Assembly (NCBI GenBank): GCA_977017575.1
Contig: CDRNVI010000192.1
Coordinates: 1-64,000 of the forward strand
From: Paramoeba atlantica
Lineage: Eukaryota > Protista > Discosea
DNA length: 64,000 nt
Direction: 5' to 3'
Shown here one piece after another: positions 53,201-64,000 of this stretch (the stretch's first letter is position 1; each line of letters opens with the position of its first letter). A program made the position numbers and the translations under genes. The notes beneath the pieces were generated by a model. It worked only from the letters and a program-made list of their open reading frames with translations, did no database searches and had not been told where the DNA came from.

Positions 53201-56200
53201 CGGCATAACGAAGTCGGCTGATTTTGTCCGCAGGGTTACTTTTCGTGCTCACGTACCGCGCATCTACGGCAATTCCTTGCTTTTTAATTACATTCAAAAC
53301 CTTTTCAAGTTCGTCAGAAACGCCGGAAGATTTCGATATTTTCCTATTAAATTATCGAAGTAAAGCAAAAATTATCGAAGTAAAGTGAAGAAAATATTGT
53401 CCTAAGAATCTTCTTCTAAGAAATATTATATGAAATAACGAAACAAAAGTACATTACACGTAAACTTTATGCGTAAAAGTGCAGTATATGCTAAAGATGT
53501 ATTCAAGATTGCACTGGTTGGTGCGTGCATGAAACACGTTAACCACTGCACACTTCCTAAAATTCTTTTCGTAAACTCTTAGAATTTCATTTTGTGTGAA
53601 TATCGTACTTTGTAGAGATCCTATATAAAGTATACGCCCATTCAGGGTAAGGTTTACAATAACTATCAAAACATATAGTTGCAGAATAGAATGATATCAA
53701 CATTCGTTTTGTCGACCTATAATATAAACTACCTAAATCAAAACTATACGATAGGGCATCGCGCCTGGCCGGCGCCACCACCCTCTCGCTACTAACTTTC
53801 CACCCCTTTCGCGTTATCAGGGTCTGCCTCGGCATAACGAAGTCGGCTGATTTTGTCCGCAGGGTTACTTTTCGTGCTCACGTACCGCGCATCTACGGCA
53901 ATTCCTTGCTTTTTAATTACATTCAAAACCTTTTCAAGTTCGTCAGAAACGCCGGAAGATTTCGATATTTTCCTATTAAATTATCGAAGTGAAGCAAAAA
54001 TTATCGAAGTAAAGTGAAGAAAATATTGTCCTAAGAATCTTCTTCTAAGAAATATTATATGAAATAACGAAACAAAAGTACATTACACGTAAACTTTATG
54101 CGTAAAAGTGCAGTATATGCTAAAGATGTATTCAAGATTGCACTGGTTGGTGCGTGCATGAAACACGTTAACCACTGCACACTTCCTAAAATTCTTTTCG
54201 TAAACTCTTAGAATTTCATTTTGTGTGAATATCGTACTTTGTAGAGATCCTATATAAAGTATACGCCCATTCAGGGTAAGGTTTACAATAACTATCAAAA
54301 CATATAGTTGCAGAATAGAATGATATCAACATTCGTTTTGTCGACCTATAATATAAACTACCTAAATCAAAACTATACGATAGGGCATCGCGCCTGGCCG
54401 GCGCCACCACCCTCTCGCTACTAACTTTCCACCCCTTTCGCGTTATCAGGGTCTGCCTCGGCATAACGAAGTCGGCTGATTTTGTCCGCAGGGTTACTTT
54501 TCGTGCTCACGTACCGCGCATCTACGGCAATTCCTTGCTTTTTAATTACATTCAAAACCTTTTCAAGTTCGTCAGAAACGCCGGAAGATTTCGATATTTT
54601 CCTATTAAATTATCGAAGTAAAGCAAAAATTATCGAAGTAAAGTGAAGAAAATATTGTCCTAAGAATCTTCTTCTAAGAAATATTATATGAAATAACGAA
54701 ACAAAAGTACATTACACGTAAACTTTATGCGTAAAAGTGCAGTATATGCTAAAGATGTATTCAAGATTGCACTGGTTGGTGCGTGCATGAAACACGTTAA
54801 CCACTGCACACTTCCTAAAATTCTTTTCGTAAACTCTTAGAATTTCATTTTGTGTGAATATCGTACTTTGTAGAGATCCTATATAAGTATACGCCCATTC
54901 AGGGTAAGGTTTACAATAACTATCAAAACATATAGTTGCAGAATAGAATGATATCAACATTCGTTTTGTCGACCTATAATATAAACTACCTAAATCAAAA
55001 CTATACGATAGGGCATCGCGCCTGGCCGGCGCCACCACCCTCTCGCTACTAACTTTCCACCCCTTTCGCGTTATCAGGGTCTGCCTCGGCATAACGAAGT
55101 CGGCTGATTTTGTCCGCAGGGTTACTTTTCGTGCTCACGTACCGCGCATCTACGGCAATTCCTTGCTTTTTAATTACATTCAAAACTTTTTCAAGTTCGT
55201 CAGAAACGCCGGAAGATTTCGATATTTTCCTATTAAATTATCGAAGTAAAGCAAAAATTATCGAAGTAAAGTGAAGAAAATATTGTCCTAAGAATCTTCT
55301 TCTAAGAAATATTATATGAAATAACGAAACAAAAGTACATTACACGTAAACTTTATGCGTAAAAGTGCAGTATATGCTAAAGATGTATTCAAGATTGCAC
55401 TGGTTGGTGCGTGCATGAAACACGTTAACCACTGCACACTTCCTAAAATTCTTTTCGTAAACTCTTAGAATTTCATTTTGTGTGAATATCGTACTTTGTA
55501 GAGATCCTATATAAGTATACGCCCATTCAGGGTAAGGTTTACAATAACTATCAAAACATATAGTTGCAGAATAGAATGATATCAACATTCGTTTTGTCGA
55601 CCTATAATATAAACTACCTAAATCAAAACTATAGGATAGGGCATCGCGCCTGGCCGGCGCCACCACCCTCTCGCTACTAACTTTCCACCCCTTTCGCGTT
55701 ATCAGGGTCTGCCTCGGCATAACGAAGTCGGCTGATTTTGTCCGCAGGGTTACTTTTCGTGCTCACGTACCGCGCATCTACGGCAATTCCTTGCTTTTTA
55801 ATTACATTCAAAACCTTTTCAAGTTCGTCAGAAACGCCGGAAGATTTCGATATTTTCCTATTAAATTATCGAAGTAAAGCAAAAATTATCGAAGTAAAGT
55901 GAAGAAAATATTGTCCTAAGAATCTTCTTCTAAGAAATATTATATGAAATAACGAAACAAAAGTACATTACACGTAAACTTTATGCGTAAAAGTGCAGTA
56001 TATGCTAAAGATGTATTCAAGATTGCACTGGTTGGTGCGTGCATGAAACACGTTAACCACTGCACACTTCCTAAAATTCTTTTCGTAAACTCTTAGAATT
56101 TCATTTTGTGTGAATATCGTACTTTGTAGAGATCCTATATAAAGTATACGCCCATTCAGGAAAGGTTTACAATAACTATCAAAACATATAGTTGCAGAAT

Positions 56201-59200
56201 AGAATGATATCAACATTCGTTTTGTCGACCTATAATATAAACTACCTAAATCAAAACTATACGATAGGGCATCGCGCCTGGCCGGCGCCACCACCCTCTC
56301 GCTACTAACTTTCCACCCCTTTCGCGTTATCAGGGTCTGCCTCGGCATAACGAAGTCGGCTGATTTTGTCCGCAGGGTTACTTTTCGTGCTCACGTACCG
56401 CGCATCTACGGCAATTCCTTGCTTTTTAATTACATTCAAAACCTTTTCAAGTTCGTCAGAAACGCCGGAAGATTTCGATATTTTCCTATTAAATTATCGA
56501 AGTAAAGCAAAAATTATCGAAGTAAAGTGAAGAAAATATTGTCCTAAGAATCTTCTTCTAAGAAATATTATATGAAATAACGAAACAAAAGTACATTACA
56601 CGTAAACTTTATGCGTAAAAGTGCAGTATATGCTAAAGATGTATTCAAGATTGCACTGGTTGGTGCGTGCATGAAACACGTTAACCACTGCACACTTCCT
56701 AAAATTCTTTTCGTAAACTCTTAGAATTTCATTTTGTGTGAATATCGTACTTTGTAGAGATCCTATATAAAGTATACGCCCATTCAGGGTAAGGTTTACA
56801 ATAACTATCAAAACATATAGTTGCAGAATAGAATGATATCAACATTCGTTTTGTCGACCTATAATATAAACTACCTAAATCAAAACTATACGATAGGGCA
56901 TCGCGCCTGGCCGGCGCCACCACCCTCTCGCTACTAACTTTCCACCCCTTTCGCGTTATCAGGGTCTGCCTCGGCATAACGAAGTCGGCTGATTTTGTCC
57001 GCAGGGTTACTTTTCGTGCTCACGTACCGCGCATCTACGGCAATTCCTTGCTTTTTAATTACATTCAAAACCTTTTCAAGTTCGTCAGAAACGCCGGAAG
57101 ATTTCGATATTTTCCTATTAAATTATCGAAGTGAAGCAAAAATTATCGAAGTAAAGTGAAGAAAATATTGTCCTAAGAATCTTCTTCTAAGAAATATTAT
57201 ATGAAATAACGAAACAAAAGTACATTACACGTAAACTTTATGCGTAAAAGTGCAGTATATGCTAAAGATGTATTCAAGATTGCACTGGTTGGTGCGTGCA
57301 TGAAACACGTTAACCACTGCACACTTCCTAAAATTCTTTTCGTAAACTCTTAGAATTTCATTTTGTGTGAATATCGTACTTTGTAGAGATCCTATATAAA
57401 GTATACGCCCATTCAGGGTAAGGTTTACAATAACTATCAAAACATATAGTTGCAGAATAGAATGATATCAACATTCGTTTTGTCGACCTATAATATAAAC
57501 TACCTAAATCAAAACTATACGATAGGGCATCGCGCCTGGCCGGCGCCACCACCCTCTCGCTACTAACTTTCCACCCCTTTCGCGTTATCAGGGTCTGCCT
57601 CGGCATAACGAAGTCGGCTGATTTTGTCCGCAGGGTTACTTTTCGTGCTCACGTACCGCGCATCTACGGCAATTCCTTGCTTTTTAATTACATTCAAAAC
57701 CTTTTCAAGTTCGTCAGAAACGCCGGAAGATTTCGATATTTTCCTATTAAATTATCGAAGTAAAGCAAAAATTATCGAAGTAAAGTGAAGAAAATATTGT
57801 CCTAAGAATCTTCTTCTAAGAAATATTATATGAAATAACGAAACAAAAGTACATTACACGTAAACTTTATGCGTAAAAGTGCAGTATATGCTAAAGATGT
57901 ATTCAAGATTGCACTGGTTGGTGCGTGCATGAAACACGTTAACCACTGCACACTTCCTAAAATTCTTTTCGTAAACTCTTAGAATTTCATTTTGTGTGAA
58001 TATCGTACTTTGTAGAGATCCTATATAAGTATACGCCCATTCAGGGTAAGGTTTACAATAACTATCAAAACATATAGTTGCAGAATAGAATGATATCAAC
58101 ATTCGTTTTGTCGACCTATAATATAAACTACCTAAATCAAAACTATACGATAGGGCATCGCGCCTGGCCGGCGCCACCACCCTCTCGCTACTAACTTTCC
58201 ACCCCTTTCGCGTTATCAGGGTCTGCCTCGGCATAACGAAGTCGGCTGATTTTGTCCGCAGGGTTACTTTTCGTGCTCACGTACCGCGCATCTACGGCAA
58301 TTCCTTGCTTTTTAATTACATTCAAAACTTTTTCAAGTTCGTCAGAAACGCCGGAAGATTTCGATATTTTCCTATTAAATTATCGAAGTAAAGCAAAAAT
58401 TATCGAAGTAAAGTGAAGAAAATATTGTCCTAAGAATCTTCTTCTAAGAAATATTATATGAAATAACGAAACAAAAGTACATTACACGTAAACTTTATGC
58501 GTAAAAGTGCAGTATATGCTAAAGATGTATTCAAGATTGCACTGGTTGGTGCGTGCATGAAACACGTTAACCACTGCACACTTCCTAAAATTCTTTTCGT
58601 AAACTCTTAGAATTTCATTTTGTGTGAATATCGTACTTTGTAGAGATCCTATATAAGTATACGCCCATTCAGGGTAAGGTTTACAATAACTATCAAAACA
58701 TATAGTTGCAGAATAGAATGATATCAACATTCGTTTTGTCGACCTATAATATAAACTACCTAAATCAAAACTATAGGATAGGGCATCGCGCCTGGCCGGC
58801 GCCACCACCCTCTCGCTACTAACTTTCCACCCCTTTCGCGTTATCAGGGTCTGCCTCGGCATAACGAAGTCGGCTGATTTTGTCCGCAGGGTTACTTTTC
58901 GTGCTCACGTACCGCGCATCTACGGCAATTCCTTGCTTTTTAATTACATTCAAAACCTTTTCAAGTTCGTCAGAAACGCCGGAAGATTTCGATATTTTCC
59001 TATTAAATTATCGAAGTAAAGCAAAAATTATCGAAGTAAAGTGAAGAAAATATTGTCCTAAGAATCTTCTTCTAAGAAATATTATATGAAATAACGAAAC
59101 AAAAGTACATTACACGTAAACTTTATGCGTAAAAGTGCAGTATATGCTAAAGATGTATTCAAGATTGCACTGGTTGGTGCGTGCATGAAACACGTTAACC

Positions 59201-62200
59201 ACTGCACACTTCCTAAAATTCTTTTCGTAAACTCTTAGAATTTCATTTTGTGTGAATATCGTACTTTGTAGAGATCCTATATAAAGTATACGCCCATTCA
59301 GGAAAGGTTTACAATAACTATCAAAACATATAGTTGCAGAATAGAATGATATCAACATTCGTTTTGTCGACCTATAATATAAACTACCTAAATCAAAACT
59401 ATACGATAGGGCATCGCGCCTGGCCGGCGCCACCACCCTCTCGCTACTAACTTTCCACCCCTTTCGCGTTATCAGGGTCTGCCTCGGCATAACGAAGTCG
59501 GCTGATTTTGTCCGCAGGGTTACTTTTCGTGCTCACGTACCGCGCATCTACGGCAATTCCTTGCTTTTTAATTACATTCAAAACCTTTTCAAGTTCGTCA
59601 GAAACGCCGGAAGATTTCGATATTTTCCTATTAAATTATCGAAGTAAAGCAAAAATTATCGAAGTAAAGTGAAGAAAATATTGTCCTAAGAATCTTCTTC
59701 TAAGAAATATTATATGAAATAACGAAACAAAAGTACATTACACGTAAACTTTATGCGTAAAAGTGCAGTATATGCTAAAGATGTATTCAAGATTGCACTG
59801 GTTGGTGCGTGCATGAAACACGTTAACCACTGCACACTTCCTAAAATTCTTTTCGTAAACTCTTAGAATTTCATTTTGTGTGAATATCGTACTTTGTAGA
59901 GATCCTATATAAAGTATACGCCCATTCAGGGTAAGGTTTACAATAACTATCAAAACATATAGTTGCAGAATAGAATGATATCAACATTCGTTTTGTCGAC
60001 CTATAATATAAACTACCTAAATCAAAACTATACGATAGGGCATCGCGCCTGGCCGGCGCCACCACCCTCTCGCTACTAACTTTCCACCCCTTTCGCGTTA
60101 TCAGGGTCTGCCTCGGCATAACGAAGTCGGCTGATTTTGTCCGCAGGGTTACTTTTCGTGCTCACGTACCGCGCATCTACGTCAATTCCTTGCTTTTTAA
60201 TTACATTCAAAACCTTTTCAAGTTCGTCAGAAACGCCGGAAGATGTCGATATTTTCCTATTAAATTATCGAAGTAAAGCAAAAATTATCGAAGTAAAGTG
60301 AAGAAAATATTGTCCTAAGAATCTTCTTCTAAGAAATATTATATGAAATAACGAAACAAAAGTACATTACACGTAAACTTTATGCGTAAAAGTGCAGTAT
60401 ATGCTAAAGATGTATTCAAGATTGCACTGGTTGGTGCGTGCATGAAACACGTTAACCACTGCACACTTCCTAAAATTCTTTTCGTAAACTCTTAGAATTT
60501 CATTTTGTGTGAATATCGTACTTTGTAGAGATCCTATATAAAGTATACGCCCATTCAGGGTAAGGTTTACAATAACTATCAAAACATATAGTTGCAGAAT
60601 AGAATGATATCAACATTCTTTTTGTCGACCTATAATATAAACTACCTAAATCAAAACTATACGATAGGGCATCGCGCCTGGCCGGCGCCACCACCCTCTC
60701 GCTACTAACTTTCCACCCCTTTCGCGTTATCAGGGTCTGCCTCGGCATAACGAAGTCGGCTGATTTTGTCCGCAGGGTTACTTTTCGTGCTCACGTACCG
60801 CGCATCTACGGCAATTCCTTGCTTTTTAATTACATTCAAAACCTTTTCAAGTTCGTCAGAAACGCCGGAAGATTTCGATATTTTCCTATTAAATTATCGA
60901 AGTAAAGCAAAAATTATCGAAGTAAAGTGAAGAAAATATTGTCCTAAGAATCTTCTTCTAAGAAATATTATATGAAATAACGAAACAAAAGTACATTACA
61001 CGTAAACTTTATGCGTAAAAGTGCAGTATATGCTAAAGATGTATTCAAGATTGCACTGGTTGGTGCGTGCATGAAACACGTTAACCACTGCACACTTCCT
61101 AAAATTCTTTTCGTAAACTCTTAGAATTTCATTTTGTGTGAATATCGTACTTTGTAGAGATCCTATATAAAGTATACGCCCATTCAGGGTAAGGTTTACA
61201 ATAACTATCAAAACATATAGTTGCAGAATAGAATGATATCAACATTCGTTTTGTCGACCTATAATATAAACTACCTAAATCAAAACTATACGATAGGGCA
61301 TCGCGCCTGGCCGGCGCCACCACCCTCTCGCTACTAACTTTCCACCCCTTTCGCGTTATCAGGGTCTGCCTCGGCATAACGAAGTCGGCTGATTTTGTCC
61401 GCAGGGTTACTTTTCGTGCTCACGTACCGCGCATCTACGGCAATTCCTTGCTTTTTAATTACATTCAAAACCTTTTCAAGTTCGTCAGAAACGCCGGAAG
61501 ATTTCGATATTTTCCTATTAAATTATCGAAGTAAAGCAAAAATTATCGAAGTAAAGTGAAGAAAATATTGTCCTAAGAATCTTCTTCTAAGAAATATTAT
61601 ATGAAATAACGAAACAAAAGTACATTACACGTAAACTTTATGCGTAAAAGTGCAGTATATGCTAAAGATGTATTCAAGATTGCACTGGTTGGTGCGTGCA
61701 TGAAACACGTTAACCACTGCACACTTCCTAAAATTCTTTTCGTAAACTCTTAGAATTTCATTTTGTGTGAATATCGTACCTTGTAGAGATCCTATATAAG
61801 TATACGCCCATTCAGGGTAAGGTTTACAATAACTATCAAAACATATAGTTGCAGAATAGAATGATATCAACATTCGTTTTGTCGACCTATAATATAAACT
61901 ACCTAAATCAAAACTATACGATAGGGCATCGCGCCTGGCCGGCGCCACCACCCTCTCGCTACTAACTTTCCACCCCTTTCGCGTTATCAGGGTCTGCCTC
62001 GGCATAACGAAGTCGGCTGATTTTGTCCGCAGGGTTACTTTTCGTGCTCACGTACCGCGCATCTACGGCAATTCCTTGCTTTTTAATTACATTCAAAACC
62101 TTTTCAAGTTCGTCAGAAACGCCGGAAGATTTCGATATTTTCCTATTAAATTATCGAAGTAAAGCAAAAATTATCGAAGTAAAGTGAAGAAAATATTGTC

Positions 62201-64000
62201 CTAAGAATCTTCTTCTAAGAAATATTATATGAAATAACGAAACAAAAGTACATTACACGTAAACTTTATGCGTAAAAGTGCAGTATATGCTAAAGATGTA
62301 TTCAAGATTGCACTGGTTGGTGCGTGCATGAAACACGTTAACCACTGCACACTTCCTAAAATTCTTTTCGTAAACTCTTAGAATTTCATTTTGTGTGAAT
62401 ATCGTACCTTGTAGAGATCCTATATAAGTATACGCCCATTCAGGGTAAGGTTTACAATAACTATCAAAACATATAGTTGCAGAATAGAATGATATCAACA
62501 TTCGTTTTGTCGACCTATAATATAAACTACCTAAATCAAAACTATAGGATAGGGCATCGCGCCTGGCCGGCGCCACCACCCTCTCGCTACTAACTTTCCA
62601 CCCCTTTCGCGTTATCAGGGTCTGCCTCGGCATAACGAAGTCGGCTGATTTTGTCCGCAGGGTTACTTTTCGTGCTCACGTACCGCGCATCTACGGCAAT
62701 TCCTTGCTTTTTAATTACATTCAAAACCTTTTCAAGTTCGTCAGAAACGCCGGAAGATTTCGATATTTTCCTATTAAATTATCGAAGTAAAGCAAAAATT
62801 ATCGAAGTAAAGTGAAGAAAATATTGTCCTAAGAATCTTCTTCTAAGAAATATTATATGAAATAACGAAACAAAAGTACATTACACGTAAACTTTATGCG
62901 TAAAAGTGCAGTATATGCTAAAGATGTATTCAAGATTGCACTGGTTGGTGCGTGCATGAAACACGTTAACCACTGCACACTTCCTAAAATTCTTTTCGTA
63001 AACTCTTAGAATTTCATTTTGTGTGAATATCGTACTTTGTAGAGATCCTATATAAAGTATACGCCCATTCAGGGTAAGGTTTACAATAACTATCAAAACA
63101 TATAGTTGCAGAATAGAATGATATCAACATTCGTTTTGTCGACCTATAATATAAACTACCTAAATCAAAACTATACGATAGGGCATCGCGCCTGGCCGGC
63201 GCCACCACCCTCTCGCTACTAACTTTCCACCCCTTTCGCGTTATCAGGGTCTGCCTCGGCATAACGAAGTCGGCTGATTTTGTCCGCAGGGTTACTTTTC
63301 GTGCTCACGTACCGCGCATCTACGGCAATTCCTTGCTTTTTAATTACATTCAAAACCTTTTCAAGTTCGTCAGAAACGCCGGAAGATTTCGATATTTTCC
63401 TATTAAATTATCGAAGTAAAGCAAAAATTATCGAAGTAAAGTGAAGAAAATATTGTCCTAAGAATCTTCTTCTAAGAAATATTATATGAAATAACGAAAC
63501 AAAAGTACATTACACGTAAACTTTATGCGTAAAAGTGCAGTATATGCTAAAGATGTATTCAAGATTGCACTGGTTGGTGCGTGCATGAAACACGTTAACC
63601 ACTGCACACTTCCTAAAATTCTTTTCGTAAACTCTTAGAATTTCATTTTGTGTGAATATCGTACTTTGTAGAGATCCTATATAAAGTATACGCCCATTCA
63701 GGGTAAGGTTTACAATAACTATCAAAACATATAGTTGCAGAATAGAATGATATCAACATTCGTTTTGTCGACCTATAATATAAACTACCTAAATCAAAAC
63801 TATACGATAGGGCATCGCGCCTGGCCGGCGCCACCACCCTCTCGCTACTAACTTTCCACCCCTTTCGCGTTATCAGGGTCTGCCTCGGCATAACGAAGTC
63901 GGCTGATTTTGTCCGCAGGGTTACTTTTCGTGCTCACGTACCGCGCATCTACGTCAATTCCTTGCTTTTTAATTACATTCAAAACCTTTTCAAGTTCGTC
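44293..64000. repeat. Insertion-free array of 31 complete 628/629-bp monomers plus a partial one
   Basis: Every junction reads CCTATAATATAAACTACCTAAATC with no poly(T); ORF track period is 628-629 bp. Confidence 0.98.

Larger units (their letters stand above)
1..64000. repeat. Continuous tandem array of a 629-bp host unit; 20 of 63 junctions interrupted by a retrotransposon fragment
   Basis: The same ORFs and sequence recur every 628-629 bp (empty junction) or ~1,863 bp (occupied junction; 629+1,234). Confidence 0.99.

Overview
The whole window is one eukaryotic tandem array built from a 629-bp AT-rich unit: 62 complete units plus partial units at both ends, giving 63 unit junctions. Twenty junctions carry the same ~1,226-bp minus-strand insertion, which turns the unit into a 1,863-bp composite. 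The insertion has a poly(A) tail of 17-20 nt, an 8-9 bp target-site duplication ATATAAAC(T), a ~0.7-kb repeat-rich 3' UTR and a start-less 165-aa reading frame. That frame encodes the C-terminal restriction-like endonuclease of a non-LTR retrotransposon (E..PD..D..K..KY), recalled as most like the CRE/SLACS/CZAR group. All 20 copies share the same target and 5' truncation point, so they look like one insertion later amplified with the array. Occupancy falls along the window: 14 of the first 16 junctions (to 26.8 kb), about one in three from 27 to 44 kb, and none of the last 31. The host unit matches no RNA gene I can recognise (no kinetoplastid SL exon, 5S, U snRNA or tRNA), so the target appears to be undescribed. 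No full-length retroelement or credible host protein gene is visible.
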